A DNA stretch of 64,000 nucleotides from a virus (IMGVR_UViG_2634166338_000002), one strand, 5' to 3'; counted from the stretch's first letter, positions 35,725 to 45,500 are shown. The notes: generated by a model not told the origin, from the sequence alone. Program-made: numbers and translations.

Positions 35725-36882
35725 GTGACCCAGCCCAGCACCACCACGACCGGGCAGGCGCTGACGCCCGCACAGATGGCGGCACTGCTCGCGCTGGTCC
35801 AAGCCCAGGCGCGAGTGCGCCAGCAACTCACCGCGACCGCCGTCGCCGCGGTGCTCATGCCGTTCAGGGCGCTGTCCGGCGCGGACTGGTGGAACTCCGG
35901 CAAGGTGTCTGCGGCGATCCGCCAAGCCCTGATGATCATCCAGCCGGCGCAGCGCAACGCCGTCGCCCTCACCGACGCCTACCTCGCGCGCACCGCGACG
36001 ATCATGACCGGCCGCACCGTGCGGCCGGCCGGGCCTATCGAGGTCACCCGGATCCGCCGCCGAATCCCCGCCGACATCGTCGAGCAGCTCGTCGCCGAAC
36101 AGCGCCGCCCGGCGTGGATCGAACTCGGCGACACCTGGGACGGCCCCGCCGATACCATCGACGACGACCCGGTCTGGGCGGTCGCCGAGCAGGAGATGGA
36201 ATTCCTGCCGCCGTCGCACGCCTACGGGCGGGTCGCCGACGCCTACCGATGGCAGGTCACCGCCCGCGGTGATCCGCCGGAGACCGCCCAGGGCAAAGCG
36301 ATCGCCCGGCTGACCGTGGTCGCGCAGACCGACGTGACCCTGGCCGTACGCGAGCAGTACCGGCGATCCCTCGGCCAGATACGCGCCGACGGCTACCGGC
36401 GCATCCTGCACCCCGAACTGTCCGAGACAGGGCCATGCGGGCTCTGCGCGGTCGCCGCCGACCGCACCTACCGCACCGGCGACCTGCTACCGCTGCACGC
36501 CAAATGCGTGTGCGAAGTCCTGCCGATCTACGGCGACCTCGACCCCGGCCTGACCCTGAACGCCGACGACCTCGGCGCCCTCTACGCAACAGCCGGCGGA
36601 ACCCGCCGCGAACTGCTGCGCAAAGTACGGGTCGTGCTCGCCGAACACGGCGAGCTCGGCCCGACCCTGATCAACGGCGACCAGCACTACCGCGACCCGA
36701 TCGAGGTGGCCCGGACCCGGTCGGCCGACAAACGCGTCCGCGACCAGGCGCAACTCGACGCCCTGCTGGAGATCCACGACATCTCCAGGCACCGGGCCGA
36801 CCACGGCGAGAACCTGACCAGATCATTGCGGTGGCAGCGGGAGCGGATCGCGGAGTTGCAGGTGGCGCTACGTAAAGGCTGA
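35725..36882 (+). CDS. Minor capsid / capsid maturation (MuF-like) protein
   Basis: GYRRILHPELS..G.CGLC.VAA.R.Y....L.PLH..C.C.VLP. Confidence 0.8.
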   Translation: MTQPSTTTTGQALTPAQMAALLALVQAQARVRQQLTATAVAAVLMPFRALSGADWWNSGKVSAAIRQALMIIQPAQRNAVALTDAYLARTATIMTGRTVRPAGPIEVTRIRRRIPADIVEQLVAEQRRPAWIELGDTWDGPADTIDDDPVWAVAEQEMEFLPPSHAYGRVADAYRWQVTARGDPPETAQGKAIARLTVVAQTDVTLAVREQYRRSLGQIRADGYRRILHPELSETGPCGLCAVAADRTYRTGDLLPLHAKCVCEVLPIYGDLDPGLTLNADDLGALYATAGGTRRELLRKVRVVLAEHGELGPTLINGDQHYRDPIEVARTRSADKRVRDQAQLDALLEIHDISRHRADHGENLTRSLRWQRERIAELQVALRKG

Positions 36883-36908
36883 GCAGGAATTCTGGCGAAA
36901 CAGCCTCG

Positions 36909-37376
36909 TTAGATCGAGTCGTTGAAGCTCCTTTGCGGCGGTGCCGGTTTTGCGTTTTCGAGGATCTCTCGCTCTCTTCTGGTTGGGGGCTTCGCGAGGT
37001 GCCCTTCTGCCGCGATCATCAGGCGCAGGTTGTAGGCGATCTGCGCTGAGTTTTCGGCTTTCACGAGGACATAGGCGCTGGGCTGATTATCGGTCAACTC
37101 TGCAGCTGCCAGCGCGATTTCATGCGGATCCTCCACATTTTTAACCTGGTAGACCGAGAGTGCGCCCGGCATCCACCCGAAAAAGTTCCGGTCACGCTCA
37201 AGGCGAATGTCTTTAGCTTGTTCCTTGGCCAGATCTCGCTGAGCCTTCAGCCGATCCCGCAGGTCCCGCCACACTGAGGGCCCCGCCACGAGCGCTGCGA
37301 TGGCCAGCGCTAGTGCCGAGAAACCTCCAACGAAATCGCCAAGGTTTCCCATGAGTTCGACTGTTTTGTCATCCAT
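36909..37376 (-). CDS. Membrane-anchored moron protein
   Basis: Antisense, lower GC, N-terminal TM helix plus coiled coil. Confidence 0.7.
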   Translation of the reverse strand: MDDKTVELMGNLGDFVGGFSALALAIAALVAGPSVWRDLRDRLKAQRDLAKEQAKDIRLERDRNFFGWMPGALSVYQVKNVEDPHEIALAAAELTDNQPSAYVLVKAENSAQIAYNLRLMIAAEGHLAKPPTRREREILENAKPAPPQRSFNDSI

Positions 37377-37529
37377 GTCCGCTGACGATAGGTCATCCTC
37401 GCCTTAACAATCCCGTCGAGCAGCACCGGCCATCGCCGAGAGCCGAAACAGTGGGCGATTCCCTCGCAGAGATGTCCCGGAGTGTCCAGGCGCCAGGAAC
37501 GGCCGGTCGTATACGAATCCTGAGTAACA

Positions 37530-37559
37530 GACCCTCACTGACTCGGTGGGGGTCTTTTT
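37530..37559 (+). terminator. Intrinsic terminator upstream of the scaffold gene
   Basis: agaccctcac-tgactcg-gtgggggtct followed by TTTT. Confidence 0.75.
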
Positions 37560-37610
37560 CGTGCCCAAACGGGCTTTCCTGCACATCCGCGATTCAGATT
37601 GGGATCCCAC

Positions 37611-38762
37611 ATGAAGCCCATCCCGGCGATCACCGACCTCGGGGCACTGCCGCAGCACCCCACTCTCACCCACCCCCACACGGGCTTGCCGATCACCGCG
37701 GTCGGCCGGCGCCGTGACGGCCAACCGATCTGGCCGGTGATCGGTGGCTCGCAGCCGGTCGGCGGTGGACCTGACCCGATCCCCGTCCTCGGCGCCACGC
37801 CGCCGCCTGCCCCACAGACCACACCGCAGCCGCAGCCGCAGCCGCAGCCGGTCCCGGCGCCGACCGGGCCGCCGACGCCAGTGCCGGTTCCTCCGCCGCT
37901 GGGCGGCGAGCACGGTTTCCCGCCGGGTACCCCGGTGGAGCAGATGACGCCGCCGCAGCAGATCAACTTCTGGAGGCACCACGCCCGCCGCAACCAGGAC
38001 CAGCTGCGGCAGTACGCCGACTACGAGCAGATCAAGGGCGAGCGCGATCAGCTGCGGACGGCGACGCAGACCGATCTGGAGCGTGCGCAGGCCACCGCCC
38101 GTACCGAAGGCGAGTCGGCGGGCCGGCTCGCGGCCGGCCGGCAGGTCGTCGAGGCCTTTTTCACCGCCGCGGCGGCGGGCCGGCTGACCGAGGAGCAGAT
38201 CGCGCAGGCGGTCGCGGGCTTGAACATCGACTACTTCATGCCGAACGGGGCGGTGGACCGGCAGCGGGTCTACGACCACGTCAACCTGACCGTCGGTTAC
38301 GCCCAGCCTTTCTACCCGTACGCGCAGCCCGGCCCCGTCGCGCTTCCGCCGGGTCCAGGACCGTTGCAGGCGGTTCCACCGACGGCCTACGGCCAGATGC
38401 CCGCGCCGTACGTTGGTTACCCGCCGGCCACCGCACCGGCTCCGGCCGCGGTGCCGCCGGGTTATGGCCAGCCGGTGCCCGGATACCCGCCGCAGCCCAT
38501 TCCGGGCCAGGCGCCGCCCGCCGCCCCGGCGTACGGCTATCCGGGACAGTCCGGCCATCTGTGGCCGGACCCGTACGGCGCCACGCAGCGCCAGGCGTAC
38601 GACCCGTACGCGCAGGCCGCCGGTGGTCAGCCGCCGGTGCGGCAGGTCCCGGATTACGGGCAGGGCCCTAGCACGGCCGGGCCGCAGAACGGCCTGGTCG
38701 CCGGTGCCGCACGTGCGGCCGAGCGGCACGGCCGGACCCGTTCGCAGCAGACCGGCGGCTGA
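37611..38762 (+). CDS. Capsid scaffolding protein with Pro/Gly/Tyr/Gln-rich regions
   Basis: GFP..TPV..M...QQ..FW.H.AR..; position before the head decoration and MCP genes. Confidence 0.8.
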   Translation: MKPIPAITDLGALPQHPTLTHPHTGLPITAVGRRRDGQPIWPVIGGSQPVGGGPDPIPVLGATPPPAPQTTPQPQPQPQPVPAPTGPPTPVPVPPPLGGEHGFPPGTPVEQMTPPQQINFWRHHARRNQDQLRQYADYEQIKGERDQLRTATQTDLERAQATARTEGESAGRLAAGRQVVEAFFTAAAAGRLTEEQIAQAVAGLNIDYFMPNGAVDRQRVYDHVNLTVGYAQPFYPYAQPGPVALPPGPGPLQAVPPTAYGQMPAPYVGYPPATAPAPAAVPPGYGQPVPGYPPQPIPGQAPPAAPAYGYPGQSGHLWPDPYGATQRQAYDPYAQAAGGQPPVRQVPDYGQGPSTAGPQNGLVAGAARAAERHGRTRSQQTGG

Positions 38763-38816
38763 CACCCCCTGGCCGCGCCTGGGCCGGAGTTCCGGCCCCG
38801 GGCTGATCCTCATCAG

Positions 38817-38828
38817 ACAACTGAATAG
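38817..38828 (+). promoter_or_regulatory. ACAACTGAATAG motif (also at 47986, 58029, 60671 variant, 62362)
   Basis: AT-rich 12-mer repeated in late intergenic regions just before gene starts. Confidence 0.7.
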
Positions 38829-38840
38829 GAGTTTCCGTCC

Positions 38841-39251
38841 ATGGACATCAGTGTCCGCGAACTGGGTGTCTTTCAACCGGAGGACCGCTCGTGGCTGGGT
38901 GATCTCGACGGCACCCAGGCCACCCGGCCGATCACGCTGACGCCGTCGCTGTTCACCCCCGCCCTCCATTTCCCGCAGGGTGTGCTCCGGTCCGGCACCC
39001 TGCTCGCGCAGGTCACCGCCGTCGGCGCCACCCAGGGACTCTGGGGCCCTTACACCCCGGGTGCGGCCAACGGCCTGCAACTGCCGCGGGGGTTCCTCTT
39101 CAACTCGACGCCGTTGCAGGTCGGCGGCCCGAATGTGGGTGCGCCGTTGCAGGAGCGCGGCTTCGTCATCCCGGCCCGGTTGCCGGCCGGCCACGGCCTC
39201 GATGCGGCCGCGCGTACGGCGCTGGCCGCTCACTGGATCTTCCGGGACTAA
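38841..39251 (+). CDS. Head decoration protein
   Basis: EDRSWL...G...SG..L...GLWGPY...NG.Q...GFL; directly before the MCP. Confidence 0.8.
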   Translation: MDISVRELGVFQPEDRSWLGDLDGTQATRPITLTPSLFTPALHFPQGVLRSGTLLAQVTAVGATQGLWGPYTPGAANGLQLPRGFLFNSTPLQVGGPNVGAPLQERGFVIPARLPAGHGLDAAARTALAAHWIFRD

Positions 39252-39263
39252 GGGGGCCTTGCG

Positions 39264-40310
39264 TTGACCATCGTCATCGACGACATCGTGACGCCCGCCG
39301 AGCTGACGGGCTACGTGCGTGAGGTTCCCGCCCCGCGCAATCTGCTGCTGGAACGGTTCCTGCCGGTCCGGCTGGAGCGCAACATCAAGGCCCGGATCAC
39401 CCAGATCAAGGCCACCAACAGGGCCGCGAAGTTCCGCAACTGGGACACTCCCGCCCCGCAGGGACGCAGGGACTCCTTCTCCAGCAGGGAACTCAGGTTC
39501 CCGCCGATCAGCCAGAAGCTGTCGGTAGGCGAGCAGGAGGAACTCGAACTGGAGATGGCCCGCACCGGCGGCGACAACCGCTCGGCGCTGGTCGACCAGA
39601 TCTACGACGACGTGGACACCAACGTCAGCGCGATCTGGAATCGTTTCGAGCTGGCCCGTGGTGACGTGTTCGAGGACGGGGTCTTCACGATCCGGGAGAA
39701 CGGTCTCGTCCTCGAGGCAGACTTCGGTCTGGACCCGCTGCACAAGGTCGCCCCGCTCATCGCGTGGGACAACCCGGAGACAGCGACACCGCTGTCGGAC
39801 ATGCGGCCGTGGATCCAGCGGTACGTCAACTCCACCGGTGAACGGCCCGGCTACATGGTCGTGTCCGAGTCGACCGTCGGCCACATGCAGATGTCCAAAG
39901 AGGTCCGCCAGGCCGCGGCCGGCGCCGGGCAGATCCCGTCGTACGTCACCGACGAGACCCTGGCACAGCTCATGCGCGTGCACCGATACCCGCAGATCGT
40001 GCCGTACGACTGCCTGCTCGACGTCGACGACGTCACCACCCGCACGATCGCCGAAGGCAAGGCGATCTTCCTGCCCGCCGAACCGGAGAGCCTCGGTTAC
40101 ACCGCGATCGGTATCACCGCCGAGGCGCTGATGCTCACCCGCGGCGCGAACCCGTCGCTGATCTTCGCCGAGACACCCGGCCTGGCCGGTGTGGTGACTC
40201 TCGAAGGCGACCCGCCGCGGCGCCACACGAAGGTGAGCGCGGTCGGCATGCCGATGCTCACCGACATCCGGCGGCTCATGGTCGCCACGACGTGGACCCC
40301 GACCCCGTAA
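39264..40310 (+). CDS. Major capsid protein (lambda gpE-like family)
   Basis: PAELTGY.R; A.FR.WD; PPISQK...GE.E; R.ELARG; DFG; DP........AVGMP.L. Confidence 0.92.
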   Translation: MTIVIDDIVTPAELTGYVREVPAPRNLLLERFLPVRLERNIKARITQIKATNRAAKFRNWDTPAPQGRRDSFSSRELRFPPISQKLSVGEQEELELEMARTGGDNRSALVDQIYDDVDTNVSAIWNRFELARGDVFEDGVFTIRENGLVLEADFGLDPLHKVAPLIAWDNPETATPLSDMRPWIQRYVNSTGERPGYMVVSESTVGHMQMSKEVRQAAAGAGQIPSYVTDETLAQLMRVHRYPQIVPYDCLLDVDDVTTRTIAEGKAIFLPAEPESLGYTAIGITAEALMLTRGANPSLIFAETPGLAGVVTLEGDPPRRHTKVSAVGMPMLTDIRRLMVATTWTPTP

Positions 40311-40327
40311 GGAGCCGTGAGCAGCAG

Positions 40328-40693
40328 ATGAGCAGCATTCCCGAACTGGCCCACACCGTTCACGTCGGCGGACGCGCCTATGCGGCGGGCACGATCCCGC
40401 CGGTGGCGATCGCCCGGCAGATCCTCAACCGGGCGGCGTGGGACGGCGGCGAGCTGCCGGACCTCGACGACGCCGAGGACACCGAACACACCGCAGGTCC
40501 GGCCGATCCGCACGTCCTGGTGTCGGCCGGGTTCGGCGACAACGCCATCCCGAAGCAAGGCGATCCGGCGTTCGAGGGCCCGCGCACCGACGGTCTGCCG
40601 ACCGACGGCGGTCCCGGCCGGGCCGCCACACCCCTCCCGGCCGCCGAGACGGCGGCGCGGCCGAAGCGGACCCGGCGCACCACCACCCCGTAA
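40328..40693 (+). CDS. Hypothetical virion-associated protein
   Basis: VHV....Y.AG..PP...A..I.N..AW motif, typical of the gene after the MCP. Confidence 0.7.
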   Translation: MSSIPELAHTVHVGGRAYAAGTIPPVAIARQILNRAAWDGGELPDLDDAEDTEHTAGPADPHVLVSAGFGDNAIPKQGDPAFEGPRTDGLPTDGGPGRAATPLPAAETAARPKRTRRTTTP

Positions 40694-40771
40694 GCCGGCG
40701 GGCCGAAGCCGGTGAACCCGCATCGCCGGGTGCCGGTCTCGGTCCGCCCCCGTCTCCGGAGGCACGCACGT

Positions 40772-41119
40772 ATGGCCGACGACCCGGCCGAGGAACGCAC
40801 GGTCGTCTACCTCGGCAACCACGATCCGATCGAGGTCGTCGCCGACCTCGACGACCAGAGCACGACGATCCGGCGCAGCACGCCAGGCCCGGCCAAGACC
40901 TACACCCGATGCGTGCTGCCGCCAGGCCTGGGACTGCTGGCCGCCGCCCGCGACATCACCAACCTGGCCGGCGGTGTCTGGGTCTCGCACTCCGACGCCG
41001 AACATCCGGCGTGGGTGGCCGCGTCCGGGCCGCTCGGCTCGGACCTGGCCGCGCTGCTGGGCGCCCACTGGAGCATCGAGATCCGCGCCGTCGACCTCGA
41101 CCACACGCCGGGAGGTTGA
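40772..41119 (+). CDS. Hypothetical protein
   Basis: GGAGG RBS, ATG at 40772. Confidence 0.7.
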   Translation: MADDPAEERTVVYLGNHDPIEVVADLDDQSTTIRRSTPGPAKTYTRCVLPPGLGLLAAARDITNLAGGVWVSHSDAEHPAWVAASGPLGSDLAALLGAHWSIEIRAVDLDHTPGG

Positions 41120-41122
41120 TCG

Positions 41123-41512
41123 GTGTTGCACAACGCCGGCCGCGACTGGGCGGCCAGCAGCATGTTCGACCGCAGCCCGGCCCGGGCGGCCACCGCCGAC
41201 TACATCGCGGTGTCGGCCAGCACCGTGCCACCGGCCGCCGGTGACACCACCCTGGCCGGGGAGATCGCCACGGCCGGGCTCGGCCGCAGGCAGGCCACCT
41301 GGGCGCACACGGCCGGAGCCGCCACCAGCACGCTGACCGCGACGTTCGTCGCCACCGCAGCCGACGCGCTCCCGGTGACGCTCGCGAAAGCCGCGGTGCT
41401 CAACGCGGCGGCCGGGGGCGTCATGCCGTTCAGCGAGGTGCTGTCGGCACCGGCGCCCCTGAACCTCGTCAACGACGCCGTGACGATCACCGTGACGGTG
41501 ACGCACGCCTAA
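41123..41512 (+). CDS. Fibre/structural beta-sandwich protein
   Basis: DTTL.GEI...GL.R...FN....G; GGGAGG RBS. Confidence 0.65.
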   Translation: MLHNAGRDWAASSMFDRSPARAATADYIAVSASTVPPAAGDTTLAGEIATAGLGRRQATWAHTAGAATSTLTATFVATAADALPVTLAKAAVLNAAAGGVMPFSEVLSAPAPLNLVNDAVTITVTVTHA

Positions 41513-41542
41513 CCGCGGCGCGAGCGGAAGGAGCCCGCCGAC

Positions 41543-42637
41543 GTGGCCGACTCCCTGTTCACCGCCGGCGTCGACGAGCCCGACGCCGACTACAGCGACG
41601 GCATCGCCAACGGCATCGCCGTCACCGTCCACTTCCCCCTGACCGCCGGCACGATCACCCACGTCCGGTTCCGGGCTCCGGCCAACGTGACCGCCGGGGT
41701 CCATCAGGCCGCGGTCTGGGAGATCACCGGCCCAGACACGAACCCGTCCGGCATCCGGCTCACCGACGTGCTGACATTCGAGTCGCTGCAGCCCGCCGCC
41801 TGGAACCTCCTCGAAATCCCCGGCGGCCTGCCCGTGGCCCGGGGCGGGCCCGGCGGCAAGGCCTACCGGGTGATCGTCTACTCCTCGCTCGGCCGGTACA
41901 CCGCCCGCGGCGGCTACTTCGCCGCCCTCGGCGGGAAGACCTCACCGGGCGGGTACGTACACGCGCCCCACAGCGGCGACGATCCGGTGGGGCTCGGCGC
42001 GCTGGCGCAGGGCACCTACGGGTACGTGCCGGCCGGGATCTATGTGGCCGACACGTTCGGCGCCGCCAGCTACTACGTCGACGTGGTCTTCGAACCCGCC
42101 GCCACACCACCGATACTCACCGGCGTCGCGGCGGCGATCACCGTGACCGACGCCGTCGCCGCGGCCGCCGCCTATACCCGCACCCTCGCGGCGACAACCA
42201 CGCTCACCGGCACGACGGTTCCCGCGCTGGCCCTGGCACGAGGCGGCAGCGCAGCGCTGGTGCTGACCGACAGCGTGACGGCAGCGAACGCCACCAGCGG
42301 ACGGACCGCCACCGAAGCGGTCATCCTCGGCAGCGCGGCCGGACGGTCGCTCTCCCACGCGCGGGTAGCCGCCGGGACGCTCACGCTCGGTGGCGGCGCC
42401 CGCGCGACGGTGTTCCGCAGCGCCGCGGCCGCCGAGACTCTGACGCTGTCCGCGGCCGCGTCCCGCAGCGGCCACATGCTGGCCCGCACCGCAGCCGTCG
42501 GCCATCAACTCACCGCGCAGGCCCAGGCGAGCGTGCCCACGCCGGTACCGGCGGTGCCGCACACGCACCACGTGACCATGACCGTGGCCGTGCCCGGCCG
42601 TATCACCTTCACCGCCGGACCCGGCGTGACCGCATGA
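41543..42637 (+). CDS. DUF4082-like domain plus Ala/Thr-rich stalk
   Basis: G.ITHVRF...WN...P...Y.V...Y...F...Y.VDV.F pattern followed by T/A repeats. Confidence 0.6.
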   Translation: MADSLFTAGVDEPDADYSDGIANGIAVTVHFPLTAGTITHVRFRAPANVTAGVHQAAVWEITGPDTNPSGIRLTDVLTFESLQPAAWNLLEIPGGLPVARGGPGGKAYRVIVYSSLGRYTARGGYFAALGGKTSPGGYVHAPHSGDDPVGLGALAQGTYGYVPAGIYVADTFGAASYYVDVVFEPAATPPILTGVAAAITVTDAVAAAAAYTRTLAATTTLTGTTVPALALARGGSAALVLTDSVTAANATSGRTATEAVILGSAAGRSLSHARVAAGTLTLGGGARATVFRSAAAAETLTLSAAASRSGHMLARTAAVGHQLTAQAQASVPTPVPAVPHTHHVTMTVAVPGRITFTAGPGVTA

Positions 42638-42653
42638 ACGGGGGTGGCGGCAG

Positions 42654-43346
42654 TTGAGTGCCGTTGTCGACGTCGGAGACGCGTTCACGCTCACGTTCAC
42701 CTCCCTGCCCGGCGCGGTGGTGTATGTCGACTGGCTCGACCCCGACCTCACCCCCGTGATCAACCAGGAACTCGTGCCTGCCAGCCCAGCCGGGAGCAAC
42801 ACCTACCCGCGCACGTTCACCGCGCCCCGGCCCGGCATGTGGACCGCCCGGTTCCTGACCGCCGGTGCCACCGACGACTACCACGTGCGCGTGGTGTCCA
42901 CCATCGGGCAGCCGCCGCCACTGGCCGCGGTCGGAGACGTGGTCGCCCAGTACGGTCCCCTGTCCGACGACGAGGCCACCCTGACCCGCTATCTACTGCG
43001 GGCGGCATCGGCGATGCTGCGCCAGCAGGTGCCGAACCTGGACCCGATGGTCACCGACGGCCGACTGAACCCGAACGTGGTGGCGCTGGCCCCCACCAAC
43101 ATGACCTTGCGGGTGCTGCGCAACCCCGACGGGCTGCGCGCGGAGACCACGGGCCCGTTCAGCCGGACCTTCGACGTGTCGGCCGCGGCCGGTCTGCTGG
43201 TGGTCACCCCGGTCGACCTGGCCAACGTGACACCCGGCGCCGCCGCGGCGACGAGTTCCGGGTGGGCGCCGCCGTCGACGATCCGGGTCACACCGGGCAT
43301 GGCCCCGCCGCCGCACTGGAACAGGGGACGTAGTGGCTGGCACTGA
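42654..43346 (+). CDS. Head-to-tail adaptor with N-terminal Ig-like extension
   Basis: LA.V.DV...L..AS..LR...RVLRNPDG.R.ET.GPFS.T. Confidence 0.8.
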   Translation: MSAVVDVGDAFTLTFTSLPGAVVYVDWLDPDLTPVINQELVPASPAGSNTYPRTFTAPRPGMWTARFLTAGATDDYHVRVVSTIGQPPPLAAVGDVVAQYGPLSDDEATLTRYLLRAASAMLRQQVPNLDPMVTDGRLNPNVVALAPTNMTLRVLRNPDGLRAETTGPFSRTFDVSAAAGLLVVTPVDLANVTPGAAAATSSGWAPPSTIRVTPGMAPPPHWNRGRSGWH

Positions 43347-43653
43347 GACCGTCACCGTGATCCGCCCGCCCGGCAAAGACCCCTTCGGCGACCCGCTGCC
43401 CGACGGCGAGCAACGCTTCGACGTGCCGGGCTGCCGGTTCGCGCCCGGACCGTCGCGGGAGACCGGCAACAGCAGCGGCGCCGTGCAGTCCGACGGCACC
43501 GTCTACGCCCGCCGCGGCACCGCCCAGATACCCAACGGCATCGCGGCCACCGACCTGGTCCAGGTCCGCGGCATCGTCTACACAGTGGTCGGCCACCCCC
43601 AGGACTGGGGTCGCGCCGGAACCGTGATCGTCCTGCGCCGCTACACCGGCTGA
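43333..43653 (+). CDS. Head-to-tail stopper
   Basis: ETVTV.R...D.FGDP...V.GC..AP..S.E...D...VRG..Y.V.G.P..W. Confidence 0.85.
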   Translation: MAGTETVTVIRPPGKDPFGDPLPDGEQRFDVPGCRFAPGPSRETGNSSGAVQSDGTVYARRGTAQIPNGIAATDLVQVRGIVYTVVGHPQDWGRAGTVIVLRRYTG

Positions 43654-43675
43654 ATCCTCGAGGGAGCTGAACCGG

Positions 43676-44284
43676 ATGGCACGACGCCGGCGCCGCAAAC
43701 CGTACCGCGGCCCCACCCTGCTGACCGACCTCCGAAAGACGTACTACTGGGGCCGCAACCTCAAGATCCAGTTCGAGTTGCGGCGCGGAGCGATGCGCAG
43801 GCTCGCGCTCAGCGACGAACTGCGCGACGCCTGCCGGGCGGTGATCGTCGGACAGGCGCTGCCGTACGCGATCCGGGTCAGTCCCCGCGACCGGGTCAAC
43901 GACGGTGACGGCACACTTCCGTACGTCGCGTCATGGCGCGTCGCCGAGGGCACGGACGTCTTCGTCGGCATGCGCCGCACCACGGTCAAGCTGATCAACG
44001 TCGCGCCGCACGCCGCCGCGGTGGAGTGGATCAACCCGGACACCGGCCGTGGTCACGGCTATCACGTGCTCGGCCGGACCCTGGCCCACCTGGACGGCCA
44101 GACGGGCACCGAAATCCGTGGCACCCCGCAACGCCCCGCGTGGAAGGCCGCCCAACACCCCCGCGGCCCTGGCGGACGGTTCGTCGCGAAGACACCCACC
44201 GCCACAACCGCCGACCCGGCCGGGGGAGACGCCGCCGCGGTCGGCAACGCCGTCTACGACGCCCTCCGGCGCCGCCGCCGCTGA
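43676..44284 (+). CDS. Neck/tail completion (HK97 gp10-like) protein
   Basis: A...SP...Y..S...N..PHAA.VEW...H.LGR; synteny. Confidence 0.65.
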   Translation: MARRRRRKPYRGPTLLTDLRKTYYWGRNLKIQFELRRGAMRRLALSDELRDACRAVIVGQALPYAIRVSPRDRVNDGDGTLPYVASWRVAEGTDVFVGMRRTTVKLINVAPHAAAVEWINPDTGRGHGYHVLGRTLAHLDGQTGTEIRGTPQRPAWKAAQHPRGPGGRFVAKTPTATTADPAGGDAAAVGNAVYDALRRRRR

Positions 44285-44325
44285 CCACCGCCTATCGGGC
44301 AGCACGCGGAAGGGCGGTGAGGCGT

Positions 44326-44709
44326 ATGCCGCGCGGGTTCGCGCACATCGAGCGGACCCTGGCCGGGCTGCTCGTGCCTCGCTTCTTCGCCGGTGACGCC
44401 TCCCGGGTCGGCTCACAGACCCCCGCGGATCTGGACGACAGGCTCCCGTTCGCACAGGTGAGCAAGACCTCCGGCGGCCGGACCGCGGTCGATGACAACC
44501 CGGTCGTCGACGTCGATGTCTTCGCACTGCTGGACACCACCGCCTGGGAACTCGCGTCGGCGATCTGCGACTTCCTGCTCACCAAACCGTTCCCGCTCGA
44601 CACCGTCTACTGCCCGGACGGGCCCCGGGAACTGCCCTGGCGCGCCGACGGAGCGATCCGCAGGTACGGCGCCACCTACTTCACCAGCTTGCGCCGCGTG
44701 CAGCTGTAA
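44326..44709 (+). CDS. Tail terminator
   Basis: LP...V...GG.......VDVDVFA...P.ELPW.....RR..ATY; precedes the major tail gene. Confidence 0.8.
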   Translation: MPRGFAHIERTLAGLLVPRFFAGDASRVGSQTPADLDDRLPFAQVSKTSGGRTAVDDNPVVDVDVFALLDTTAWELASAICDFLLTKPFPLDTVYCPDGPRELPWRADGAIRRYGATYFTSLRRVQL

Positions 44710-44834
44710 CCGGCACATGCCCGCGCGCTGCCCGATCTTCCGCTCGGCCCGCTGGCCGGCGAAAAGGCCCACCCGCCCTTTCACCGCCCCGCGCGTCGGG
44801 GCTCACCCATGCCTCGACCCGGAGGGGACGAACC

Positions 44835-45500
44835 ATGTCTTACGAAGACCTTCGTAACAAGAAGAACCAACTGATCCGCAGGGCCAAAGACGGCAGCGTC
44901 TTCATCGCGCGGATGAACGTCCCGCTGATGGCCACGCTGACCGCCGGCCCGACCGCGTCGCTGCTCACCCTCGACCCCGACGACTGGATGGACCTCGGGC
45001 ACATCAGCACCGAGGGCGCCACCTACGACCGGGAAACCGAGACCACCGAAACCCAGTCGTACGGCAGCCGCGAATCCACCCGCACCGACGTCACCCGCGA
45101 CGAGATCAGCCTCAACGTCACCGCCCAGGAGACGAAACTCCTGACGATCGGCCTGTCGACCGGGGCCGAACTCGACGCGATCAAAGCCGCGGCCGTCACC
45201 GGTGAGGTCCAGATCGCCAAGCCCTTCACCCCGCGGCTGCGGTTCTACCGCACCTTCGGACTGTTCCTCGACCACGACGACAACGGCAGGGAGATCTACT
45301 TCGCCCGGCTGATGCCCCGCGCCCAGATCAGCGAGTTCGGCTCCCAGGGATACAACGAGGACGAAAACGGCATCTCGTACCCGATGGTCTGGCGCGGCAA
45401 AGAGGACAGCTCCGTCGGATACAGCCACAAATGGCTGTGGGGCGGACCCGGCTGGCTCGCGCTTCTGTCCGACATGGGCATCCCCCAGAACACCGCCTGA
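44835..45500 (+). CDS. Major tail protein
   Basis: LG.IS.EG....E......G..E.TR.D......V..QET; D...GY.....GGPGW. Confidence 0.88.
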   Translation: MSYEDLRNKKNQLIRRAKDGSVFIARMNVPLMATLTAGPTASLLTLDPDDWMDLGHISTEGATYDRETETTETQSYGSRESTRTDVTRDEISLNVTAQETKLLTIGLSTGAELDAIKAAAVTGEVQIAKPFTPRLRFYRTFGLFLDHDDNGREIYFARLMPRAQISEFGSQGYNEDENGISYPMVWRGKEDSSVGYSHKWLWGGPGWLALLSDMGIPQNTA

